DNA of 57,700 bases. Origin: a virus (lineage: Duplodnaviria; Caudoviricetes). The DNA is taken from positions 1 through 57,700 of IMG/VR virus record IMGVR_UViG_3300035145_002905; one strand, 5' to 3'. Shown in pieces: positions 1-8,596 of the stretch (the stretch's first letter is position 1; each line of letters begins with the position of its first letter). Made by a program: the position numbers and the translations under genes. The notes under the pieces were generated by a model. That model made no database searches and was not told where the DNA came from. It worked only from the letters and a program-made list of their open reading frames with translations.

Positions 1-40
1 AGATGTTCTTACAAAATTTTTAAAAAAATAAAGAAAAGAC

Positions 41-71
41 TTGGATATATCAATTTTTTTTCGTATATTTA
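41..71 (+). promoter_or_regulatory. Putative early/host-sigma promoter TTGG-N19-TATATTTA upstream of uvsE
   Basis: TTGG at 41 and TATATT at 64; same spacing at 6944/6967 and 32285/32308; resembles Bacteroidota -33 TTTG / -7 TAnnTTTG. Confidence 0.6.
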
Positions 72-101
72 CATTAGTAAATAAACTATAAAAGAATAAA
101 T

Positions 102-1001
102 ATGAATTTAGGATACGCTTGTATTAACATGACTCTTGGTAAACAAAAACCAAAAGTAACTACTAATCGTTCAATGATTAAAAGAACCTTCTTAGAGAAG
201 GGTGTAGAATATGCTGGTGAATTATCTCTTCAAAACGCTAGAGATTTATTCACTATCTTAGAATGGAATAATCAGAATAACATCAAATGTTTCAGATTAT
301 CTTCTGATATATTTCCATGGGCTTCAGAGTATGGTATTGAAAACTCACCATACTACAAACGAATTGAAACAATACTTCAGGCGTGTGGTCATTATGCAAC
401 TACCAATGGTATTCGTATTACCGCACATCCTGGTCCTTTCAATGTACTTGTATCTCCAAGAGAGAATGTTGTACAGAATACAATTACCGATTTAGAAATA
501 CATGGTAAGATATTTGATATGTTAGGATTATCTAAAACTCCATACAACAAACTAAACATTCATTGTAATGGTGTATATGGTGATAAGATTTCTGCTATGG
601 ATAGATTCTGTAAGAACTTTGAAAGATTATCAGAATCAGTACAAGGTAGATTGACTGTTGAGAATGATGATAAGGCATCTATGTACTCGGTAAAAGATTT
701 GATGTACATACATGAGAGAATCGGTATTCCTATTGTATTTGATTATCATCACCACAAATTCAACACAGGTGGTTTATCAGAACAAGAGGCACTTGAATTG
801 GCAATCTCTACATGGCCGAAAGGTATCAAACCAATTGTTCATTATTCAGAATCAAAACAATTACATGAAAACAATGAGAAACTCAAACCACAAGCTCACT
901 CAGATTACATCAACGAGTTACCTAACTTATATGGTAACGATGTAGATGTTATGGTAGAGGCTAAGGCAAAAGAGTTATCTATATTACCATTTATAAAATG
1001 A
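102..1001 (+). CDS. uvsE: UV DNA damage endonuclease (UvsE/UVDE family)
   Basis: Motifs LGYACIN, FRLSS, HPGPF, ENDD, FDYHHH, HYSES, AHSDY, MVEAKAKE. Confidence 0.93.
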   Translation: MNLGYACINMTLGKQKPKVTTNRSMIKRTFLEKGVEYAGELSLQNARDLFTILEWNNQNNIKCFRLSSDIFPWASEYGIENSPYYKRIETILQACGHYATTNGIRITAHPGPFNVLVSPRENVVQNTITDLEIHGKIFDMLGLSKTPYNKLNIHCNGVYGDKISAMDRFCKNFERLSESVQGRLTVENDDKASMYSVKDLMYIHERIGIPIVFDYHHHKFNTGGLSEQEALELAISTWPKGIKPIVHYSESKQLHENNEKLKPQAHSDYINELPNLYGNDVDVMVEAKAKELSILPFIK

Positions 1002-1309
1002 AAATAAAACAACACTTACAAAAATATATAGGTTGGTACTTCTTAGTAGCATCTATATGGATGATGTTTCAAGAAGGATATGGAATGGAAGGATTCCTTA
1101 TTTTCTTTTTAACCATTTTAAAAGTACCACCATTTGATTTAGTTGGTAGAGGATTCGATTGGGCTGGTAGAGTTGGTACAAAGTGGGGATTGAGGATGAA
1201 AGCTTGGAAGGAACAACAATCAAGACCAGTTAGAGTATTAGTAACAATAATCGCTATTATTATAATGATACTAATCGTTTGGTTTATGCCAGAATGTGAA
1301 TTATGTTAA
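998..1309 (+). CDS. Hypothetical membrane protein
   Basis: Overlaps the uvsE stop; 2-3 hydrophobic segments. Confidence 0.7.
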   Translation: MKIKQHLQKYIGWYFLVASIWMMFQEGYGMEGFLIFFLTILKVPPFDLVGRGFDWAGRVGTKWGLRMKAWKEQQSRPVRVLVTIIAIIIMILIVWFMPECELC

Positions 1310-1319
1310 AAAGTAAATT

Positions 1320-1484
1320 ATGGATAGAGGTAAAAGACTGCAGAAATCAGAAACTGCAAGAGAGAAAAGAAAGAAAGTTAAAGAAACTTTAGAAACTATT
1401 GAAAAAAGAAAATATGCTGATGCTAAAAATCTTAAAAAGAAATATAAGAAAATAAAAAATAGGCATCACGATAATAAAATATAA
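1320..1484 (+). CDS. Small, very basic hypothetical protein (54 aa, not in ORF track)
   Basis: Translated by hand: MDRGKRLQKSETAREKRKKVKE...HHDNKI*; fills the gap between neighbours. Confidence 0.65.
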   Translation: MDRGKRLQKSETAREKRKKVKETLETIEKRKYADAKNLKKKYKKIKNRHHDNKI

Positions 1485-1487
1485 GTT

Positions 1488-1724
1488 ATGAATAAATCAG
1501 AAATTACAAAAAATCTAAAACAGATTAAACAATTATTGGAAGAAGATTCTCCAATAATTGCAAAAGAAAGAGTTGGTTTTCTAATCAATGATATTGAAAA
1601 CGAAAGACAATATAGAGGTCAACAAGGAAGAACTGATAGACAAGTTGAAGGTAATTATAAAGCAATATTATATTCTTTAATAGGATTAGGTATCAGTTTT
1701 TTATTAATATTTTTATTTAGTTAA
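1488..1724 (+). CDS. Hypothetical protein with C-terminal TM helix
   Basis: ORF in operon; hydrophobic C-terminus. Confidence 0.7.
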   Translation: MNKSEITKNLKQIKQLLEEDSPIIAKERVGFLINDIENERQYRGQQGRTDRQVEGNYKAILYSLIGLGISFLLIFLFS

Positions 1725-1727
1725 TAA

Positions 1728-2048
1728 ATGGAGTATAGAAAAATAATGAAGTTATTGGAAATCCAATATCTTAAAGGTAGGTTAGATGAATTGTATAAAG
1801 GTTATGTACCTCATCATATAGGGCACGATAATCGTGTAGTTGATTCTCGTATTACAAAATACGAAAATAAACTTGAAAATATTGATGAGATATCATTTTA
1901 TCTCTATCAAGTAGAAAGAGAAAATCAAAGGTTTTCAAAACATAGAAGTAAAACAATTATAAAAGAATTACTGAACGATGTTTTAAAAGAAGAAATTTCA
2001 GATGAACTAAAAAGTAAAATAGAAAAACAGTTAGAGAGATATAAATGA
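1728..2048 (+). CDS. Hypothetical protein
   Basis: ORF; ATGA overlap with thyA. Confidence 0.7.
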   Translation: MEYRKIMKLLEIQYLKGRLDELYKGYVPHHIGHDNRVVDSRITKYENKLENIDEISFYLYQVERENQRFSKHRSKTIIKELLNDVLKEEISDELKSKIEKQLERYK

Positions 2049-2923
2049 ACACATTAGACAAACAATATCAAGGAATATTAAGAAAACTCATAATGTATGG
2101 GAATGAAAAAGAAGATAGGACTGGTACAGGTACATTATCTTACTTTGGAGAAACTTTCAGACATGATATGAGTAAAGGGTTTCCACTTCTAACCACAAAG
2201 AAGATGGCAATTAAATCAATGATTACAGAATTAAAGTGGTTCTTAAAAGGTGGAACAAATATTAAATACTTGGTAGATAATGGATGTAATATTTGGAATG
2301 GTGATGCATATAAACAATATAAACGTGCATATGATTGGGATTTAGATGAATATCTATCACAAGAAGATTTTATTCAGAAGATAAAAGATGATGAATTGTT
2401 TGCAAGAACATGGGGAGAACTTGGTCCAATCTATGGACAACAATGGAAAAATTGGAATGGGATAGACCAAATAAAAAAATTAATTGATGATATCAAAACA
2501 AATCCAAATAGTAGAAGATTGATGGTAAGTGCATGGAATGTAGATAAGTTAAATCAAATGACACTTCCACCTTGTCATTATGGATTCCAATGTTATGTAA
2601 ACAATGGTAAATTATCTTTGATGTGGAATCAACGAAGTGTTGATACTTTCTTAGGATTACCATTCAACATTGCATCTTATGGATTGTTATTGTTATTATT
2701 ATGTAAAGAGACAGGTTTAGAGCCAGGCGAGTTGATTGGAAATCTAGGAGATGTTCATTTATATAAAAACCACTTAGAACAAGCACACGAACAAATAAAA
2801 AGAGATTCATTTAAACTACCATCAATTACACTAGAATCAGTAGATGTACTAAATGGTGAATTTGATTATTCCATAGTTGATTATGAATCTCACCCAACAA
2901 TTAAGGCACCACTATCAAACTAA
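2045..2923 (+). CDS. thyA: Thymidylate synthase
   Basis: DRTGTGT, FPLLTTKK, LGPIYGQQW, LPPCH, QRSVD, LGLPFNIASY, GDVHLY. Confidence 0.98.
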   Translation: MNTLDKQYQGILRKLIMYGNEKEDRTGTGTLSYFGETFRHDMSKGFPLLTTKKMAIKSMITELKWFLKGGTNIKYLVDNGCNIWNGDAYKQYKRAYDWDLDEYLSQEDFIQKIKDDELFARTWGELGPIYGQQWKNWNGIDQIKKLIDDIKTNPNSRRLMVSAWNVDKLNQMTLPPCHYGFQCYVNNGKLSLMWNQRSVDTFLGLPFNIASYGLLLLLLCKETGLEPGELIGNLGDVHLYKNHLEQAHEQIKRDSFKLPSITLESVDVLNGEFDYSIVDYESHPTIKAPLSN

Positions 2924-2926
2924 TAT

Positions 2927-5059
2927 ATGCCAAACATTAGACAATTTGCACACGAAAATGGTGAAATACATAGATTTAATTTAAATCTTTATGTAGGTGG
3001 AACATCTATAACTAAGGGTGGTGGATTTGAACCACTATCTGCAAGACAAGATATCCGACCTAAATATAAAGAAAAATATAATATAGATTTACCTAAACAA
3101 GAATTTATTAGTTATGCATCTGTTATTGCAAAAAACATAGGTGTGAAGAATCTGATAAATGAAGCTAAATCAGGTAGTGGTACAAAACGAATTATAAGAA
3201 AGGCAACAGAATATATTCAAAAATATGAATTCTTACCCAACGAACATCAACGAAGAACTTTATATCATTTCGAGTTTCAACCAGGTGTAAGAGATGATAT
3301 TTATTTTTCAAAAGAAAAAGAATATGGTATTTGTAATGCCAGTTGGAACGAACATGATGAACGATATCAATTTTCTCTTGTAAAAGAATGGTTTACTGAA
3401 GAAGATACAAATCAAAGATATGATGAAACATATGGAAAAGATTATCAAAAGTGGATAGATAATCATTTTGATGAAATAGAATATCACAAACAAGAATCAA
3501 GAATGATAATGCATTTTATTTCTTGGTTGGATTCATTACCCTTGAAAGCAAGTTATACATTTTCATTAGGACACTTTGATGATTGTTGGTGGATAAATGA
3601 AGAAGGAAAACAACTTAATCTAACAGAACATCCTAGATGTATAAACAGATATATAGATGGAAGAGACCCATGGAATTACGCTAATGATATGCAGTGGTTA
3701 ATATCTGATGAAATTGATTCAGATGATAATCATTTAGGATATTGGGGTAATATTAAAATGGCAAATAAAATTACTAGTATTATAGGAGAGTTATCAAGTT
3801 TAGGCCCACATTGGGGTGGATATATTGCAGATAAACCTAAAGATGTTATAGAATATTGTACTCCAACAATTGTTGATAATCATCCACTTGCATTAACAGA
3901 TTCAATACCTCATTTAAAAAATATAGAATTTAAAATAGTACCAGCTGATAATTGTAAGTTGATGGCAATAGAATGTGATGAATTTAATCAAGGTACTTTG
4001 TTTGATTCAGTTGCATCTAAGTTTTATGAAATGCAAAAAATAGTAAAAAAGAATAATGGTAAATTATTTTTAGCAATTAGACAAGAATCATTTCAACACG
4101 AAGTAGAAGAATCTATATTCAGAGTAACAAAAGAATGGGGATGGGATAAAAAAGATGTGATAGTATTTGATTGTAATATAACTAGAGCAAATTTAGATTA
4201 CTTGATAAAAACATACCAAAATGACCCTATTGATGAACCAAACTCAGCAGTTCCTTTAAGTTCTTATTTTAAGAATCCATGGGCACTTACTCAATCATGG
4301 AATAGGAGACATAGCTTTAGTTTACTAGTAAACAAAATAACTCCATTAAGAATTGCAACAATTGATAGATTTTTAACACACAAAGTTCACAATGATAGTT
4401 TAGTTACATTACGAGGCGTATCAAAAGATTATGAAGATATTCAATCTCTGGCACAAGTACCTTTAAAAAATATAGAAAGAATAAAATCTATAAGAGAACA
4501 ATCTATTGAAGATTATTATCCAATAGAAAAGACTGAACAGAATAAACATTTATTAGAGGTGGGTGCTACTGTATTTGATTCTGTAATTACAGTTTATAAA
4601 AATTCAAAATTTAATATTGTATGTGAAACAGAAATATCTGGTCATAGTGGTAAACCTCTTTTAAATCATGTATCTGAAAAAACTTTATTACCAATACTTT
4701 GTGGTTGTTTAGTATTTAGTGTAGTACCTGGAGATAACTATAAAATAATGGAAGATGAGTGGGGATTAAATTTTTCTTATCTTAATGAATTTGGAATTTC
4801 AAATTATAGGAACAATACATTATTACAAAACTTAGAAGAAGTTGAGAAACTAAGTTTGTTTTCACACAAAGGAGAACATGAATTAGAACAACTTTATAGA
4901 AAACATGAAAAAATTATTTGGGATAATTATAGAGTGTTAGAGAATGCTTTATATACAAACAAAACAGAAGATGATATTGTTAGAATACTAAATCATCATA
5001 AATCATATCCAACAAAAGTTTATGCAAAACAAAAGTTCGAGGCAAAACGTTTAATATGA
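2927..5059 (+). CDS. Two-domain protein: SGNH-like N-terminus plus glycosyltransferase-like C-terminus
   Basis: GTSITKG and DDNHLG resemble SGNH blocks I and V; C-terminal SEKTLLP motif is shared with ORFs 33271 and 52248. Confidence 0.5.
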   Translation: MPNIRQFAHENGEIHRFNLNLYVGGTSITKGGGFEPLSARQDIRPKYKEKYNIDLPKQEFISYASVIAKNIGVKNLINEAKSGSGTKRIIRKATEYIQKYEFLPNEHQRRTLYHFEFQPGVRDDIYFSKEKEYGICNASWNEHDERYQFSLVKEWFTEEDTNQRYDETYGKDYQKWIDNHFDEIEYHKQESRMIMHFISWLDSLPLKASYTFSLGHFDDCWWINEEGKQLNLTEHPRCINRYIDGRDPWNYANDMQWLISDEIDSDDNHLGYWGNIKMANKITSIIGELSSLGPHWGGYIADKPKDVIEYCTPTIVDNHPLALTDSIPHLKNIEFKIVPADNCKLMAIECDEFNQGTLFDSVASKFYEMQKIVKKNNGKLFLAIRQESFQHEVEESIFRVTKEWGWDKKDVIVFDCNITRANLDYLIKTYQNDPIDEPNSAVPLSSYFKNPWALTQSWNRRHSFSLLVNKITPLRIATIDRFLTHKVHNDSLVTLRGVSKDYEDIQSLAQVPLKNIERIKSIREQSIEDYYPIEKTEQNKHLLEVGATVFDSVITVYKNSKFNIVCETEISGHSGKPLLNHVSEKTLLPILCGCLVFSVVPGDNYKIMEDEWGLNFSYLNEFGISNYRNNTLLQNLEEVEKLSLFSHKGEHELEQLYRKHEKIIWDNYRVLENALYTNKTEDDIVRILNHHKSYPTKVYAKQKFEAKRLI

Positions 5060-5553
5060 TAAAAGATTATAAATTATTTACAGATATAGAATGTGATGAA
5101 ATAATAGAATGGATAGAATCAGATTCACAGAATTGGGAAGTTTATAATTTTAAAAGAAAAAAATGTAAAAGAAAACTTTTTGGAAAAAATATATTATACT
5201 ACAATAGAATAAAAGAAAAGGTAAAACAAATTTTAGAAATCGATGCAGATTCTGAAGTAGGAGTTTTAAAATATGAAAAGGGAGATTACTTCAGTCCACA
5301 TATAGATTCTACATCAGATGGATTTCATGATGATTGGATTTGGAACGTAAACATACAACTTACAAATCCAAACGATTATACTGGTGGTGAGTTGATACAT
5401 AAAAATCAATCATATAAAATACAAAAGGGTAATTTATATTTTTATCGTTCAAATGAACTACATGGTGTAAATGAAGTAACAAATGGACTACGTTACTGTA
5501 TAGTATTTTATATAAAAAAGAATGATTTTAAAAAACAAAAACAACTGATATGA
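5056..5553 (+). CDS. 2OG-Fe(II) oxygenase (prolyl-hydroxylase-like)
   Basis: HxD (HID), DYTGGEL, distal His (LHGV), RY. Confidence 0.88.
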   Translation: MIKDYKLFTDIECDEIIEWIESDSQNWEVYNFKRKKCKRKLFGKNILYYNRIKEKVKQILEIDADSEVGVLKYEKGDYFSPHIDSTSDGFHDDWIWNVNIQLTNPNDYTGGELIHKNQSYKIQKGNLYFYRSNELHGVNEVTNGLRYCIVFYIKKNDFKKQKQLI

Positions 5554-6023
5554 GTAAGAAGTATAAAGTAATATTAATTAGTGGTGGATTTGACCCTGTT
5601 CATAAAGGCCACATAGAATGTATCCAAAATGCTAAAAAGTTAGCAGATGAAGTTTGGATAGGCTTGAACAACGATAGTTGGTTACATAGAAAAAAAGGTA
5701 AACAATTTATGAAAGAAGGTGAAAGAAAATTCATAATGGAAAACCTTAAAGATGTGGATTATGCTTATGTAATGAATCCACTTATAAATGGAGATGATAC
5801 GGCAATTGATTTCATCGACCATGCAAGAAGAAAATATATAAACGAAAATGGTGATTTACCAAAAGGTGTAATGGCATTTGGTAATGGTGGTGATAGAACA
5901 GAAACAACCACACCAGAAAATGATGTTTGTAATAGTTATGGAATAGATTCAGTATGGGGATTGGGTGATAAAGTACAATCTTCATCATGGTTATTAGAAA
6001 AATATTTAAATATAGCGGAATGA
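5550..6023 (+). CDS. Cytidylyltransferase-like nucleotidyltransferase (HIGH family)
   Basis: SGGFDPVHKGH, NGGDR, KVQSSSW. Confidence 0.85.
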   Translation: MSKKYKVILISGGFDPVHKGHIECIQNAKKLADEVWIGLNNDSWLHRKKGKQFMKEGERKFIMENLKDVDYAYVMNPLINGDDTAIDFIDHARRKYINENGDLPKGVMAFGNGGDRTETTTPENDVCNSYGIDSVWGLGDKVQSSSWLLEKYLNIAE

Positions 6024-6027
6024 AAAT

Positions 6028-6264
6028 ATGCAAGTAAACATTAAACCTTTAGTAGAAAGTACACCTAATGATATGGAATTAGGGAAAAAAGTTAGAGAGA
6101 TATATTGGGATAGAATAGATAAGATTAACCAACTTGATAAATGGGATGGTACAATCTATGAATCACCGGATGGTGGTGAAACTATTTATGAAAGACCATT
6201 TGGTTCTGATATATCAGAAAGAAAATTAGTAAAAGATAAATCACAATTAAATTTATTCGAATGA
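6028..6264 (+). CDS. Hypothetical phage protein
   Basis: ORF; contains PNDMELG and IYESPDGG motifs. Confidence 0.7.
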   Translation: MQVNIKPLVESTPNDMELGKKVREIYWDRIDKINQLDKWDGTIYESPDGGETIYERPFGSDISERKLVKDKSQLNLFE

Positions 6265-6881
6265 CAAATATAGTTACAGATGTAAATCAACTGAAAAACC
6301 CAGTCACAGATTTACCAAAAAACAAAGATGAACAAGATGTTATTGCAGCAGCATTGCTGACTGCATTAAGTAAAAAAGATGGATTTGGATTATCTGCAAA
6401 CCAAATAGGAGTAGATAAACGAGTATGTGTTATTAAAGTAAAAGAACCACTAGTACTTGTTAATCCTCGTATAACGAACCGAAATGAAGATGCGGTAGTT
6501 TATATTGAATCATGTTTATCTCTTCCTAAAACGATGACTAAACCTCGTTATACAGTACGTTCTCAAAGTATAACTGTTGAAACAGATAATTTAGGAACAA
6601 TTGAATTTGGGCCAGATGAACCAAAGAAGATAGGTACAGAAGGACACAATTATTTTGGTGATGAAGGATTATTAGAATGTGTTGTTGCCCAACACGAGAT
6701 TGACCATTTAGATGGAATATTAATTACAGATGAAATAAGAAAATATGATAGAACCATCAGAAGTACAAAAAAGTATGGAAGAAACGAAAGAGTGATGGTA
6801 CAACTATCAGACGGTACAACAGAGTTCATGAAATACAAAAAAGCAGAACCATTACTAGCTAAAGGTGCCGAAATTCTGTAA
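6261..6881 (+). CDS. def: Peptide deformylase
   Basis: GFGLSANQIG, ESCLS, QHEIDHLDG. Confidence 0.93.
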   Translation: MTNIVTDVNQLKNPVTDLPKNKDEQDVIAAALLTALSKKDGFGLSANQIGVDKRVCVIKVKEPLVLVNPRITNRNEDAVVYIESCLSLPKTMTKPRYTVRSQSITVETDNLGTIEFGPDEPKKIGTEGHNYFGDEGLLECVVAQHEIDHLDGILITDEIRKYDRTIRSTKKYGRNERVMVQLSDGTTEFMKYKKAEPLLAKGAEIL

Positions 6882-6934
6882 AACTTTTTTCGATGATATT
6901 TACATACATCGACCAATTGTTGCATAAATAATTG

Positions 6935-6976
6935 AAAAATGCCTTGGAGCTTTCAAAAAAAAGTTTTATATTAGCT
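6935..6976 (+). promoter_or_regulatory. Putative promoter AAAAATGCCTTGGAGCTTT-N13-TATATTAGCT
   Basis: Both blocks are identical, with the same spacing, at 32276-32317. Confidence 0.7.
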
Positions 6977-7001
6977 ATAGTTTAATCAAAAGGGAGACCG
7001 T

Positions 7002-7595
7002 ATGAGAAAACAAATTATTTTTACATTGGTAGTGGCGTTACTATCATTTGGTATGATAGATTCAGCAATACCAAAACAAGATTCTAAATCACTAGTAGAG
7101 AGATTAGAAGAAGAAAGACTCAGAGAGTTAGAACTACAAAGACTCGAAGAAGAACGAATCAAACAATATCATGAGGATGAACTTAATAGATTCTTAGATG
7201 ATATAGGATTCAGAGAAAGTGGTAACAGATATGATATCACAAACAAGTGGGGTTATATGGGAAAATATCAATTTGGTAAAACAACCCTAAAAGGATTAGG
7301 ATTCAAAGTAACAAAACAAGAATTCTTAAATAACCCACAATTACAAGAAGAGGCAATGATGGCTTTATTACTACACAACAAAGAAAAATTACAAAAATAT
7401 ATTGATGTGTTTGATGGACAAACAATTAATGGAATGTATATTTCAGAGAGTGGTATATTAGCAGCAGCTCATCTTGGGGGACAGGGGTCTGTTAAAAGAT
7501 ACTTTAAAAATGGAAAAGTATTTAAAGATGGATTCGGAACAAAAATCACATCGTACATGGATAAATTTAGTGGGTACGATATTAAATTAAATTAA
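7002..7595 (+). CDS. Lysozyme/lytic-transglycosylase-like protein with N-terminal signal or TM segment
   Basis: RESGN catalytic Glu motif, GKYQFG, AAAHLGG; hydrophobic N-terminus; GGGAG SD. Confidence 0.7.
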   Translation: MRKQIIFTLVVALLSFGMIDSAIPKQDSKSLVERLEEERLRELELQRLEEERIKQYHEDELNRFLDDIGFRESGNRYDITNKWGYMGKYQFGKTTLKGLGFKVTKQEFLNNPQLQEEAMMALLLHNKEKLQKYIDVFDGQTINGMYISESGILAAAHLGGQGSVKRYFKNGKVFKDGFGTKITSYMDKFSGYDIKLN

Positions 7596-7599
7596 GGTT

Positions 7600-7875
7600 A
7601 TGGAATTATACACAATAATTGCTCTAGGAGGGTCTGTACTCCTAAACGTATTCTTATTAATAGGAACACGAAATCTAAACAGACAAAATGAACAATATCA
7701 AGATTATATCGAAGAGGAGTTAACAACCTCAGATACAATCAGAACTAAAGTAGAAAAAGCGTATAATAGAATGCAGGATGCTGACATTAGAGGTTCTTTT
7801 GAATCAGATGACGAAGTTGGTTCTGCTTTTACAGAACTAAAGTCTATTATGGAAGAACTAAATAAATCATTATAA
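7600..7875 (+). CDS. Hypothetical protein, N-terminal TM plus coiled coil
   Basis: Hydrophobic N-terminus followed by a charged helical region. Confidence 0.65.
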   Translation: MELYTIIALGGSVLLNVFLLIGTRNLNRQNEQYQDYIEEELTTSDTIRTKVEKAYNRMQDADIRGSFESDDEVGSAFTELKSIMEELNKSL

Positions 7876-7876
7876 T

Positions 7877-8596
7877 ATGCCAAGAAAAAGAAGAAAAAAA
7901 TCCAAAATGTATTTTGGTACACCTGCTCAAGAAGCAATTATCGAATACAACAATTGTAAAGACCCTGCAGTTAGAAACGAAATTTATAAAACACGAATTA
8001 AATATCCTTTCGAAAAACTAGCAGAGAATGTTTTAAATACATTTAAGTTTACTTACTTTGATGTACCAAAGAAAGATATTCAAACAGAAGTAGTTTCTAC
8101 AATGGTAGAAAAAATGCATATGTTTAAAGAAGGTAGAGGTAGAGCCTTTTCTTACTTTACTATTATTGCAAAGAACCATTTGATTTTAAAGAACAATGGT
8201 AACTACAAAAGATGGAAACAGAATGCATTAATCTCCACAATGCCTCCAACATGGAATCCGGAGAATGATTTTTATCATCAACAAGAAAATTCTGAAATGA
8301 AACAATTTAAAAAGTTGATGTTAGAGTATTGGGATAAAAACTTAAGTAAAGTATTTACGAAGAAAAGAGATATTCAAATTGCAGATGCTGTTTTAGAGTT
8401 ATTTAGAAGAGCAGAACATATAGAAAACTTTAATAAAAAACATTTATACCTTTTAATTAGAGAAATGACAGATGTTAAAACACATTATATTACTAAGGTT
8501 GTAAATGTAATGAAACAACATCAGAAGAAAATACTAAATGAATATTTAGAAGTAGGGGAGTTTACAATAGATAATGATGAGTTCTGGCAAGGATAA
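7877..8596 (+). CDS. Putative phage sigma factor (T4 gp55-like late sigma)
   Basis: GRAFSYFTIIAKNHLI resembles sigma region 2 of gp55-type factors; basic N-terminus with YF motif. Confidence 0.55.
   Translation: MPRKRRKKSKMYFGTPAQEAIIEYNNCKDPAVRNEIYKTRIKYPFEKLAENVLNTFKFTYFDVPKKDIQTEVVSTMVEKMHMFKEGRGRAFSYFTIIAKNHLILKNNGNYKRWKQNALISTMPPTWNPENDFYHQQENSEMKQFKKLMLEYWDKNLSKVFTKKRDIQIADAVLELFRRAEHIENFNKKHLYLLIREMTDVKTHYITKVVNVMKQHQKKILNEYLEVGEFTIDNDEFWQG

Noticed and set aside
6890-6912. TCGATG...CATCGA inverted repeat after def
   Set aside because: Short 6-bp stem with a large loop and no downstream T tract
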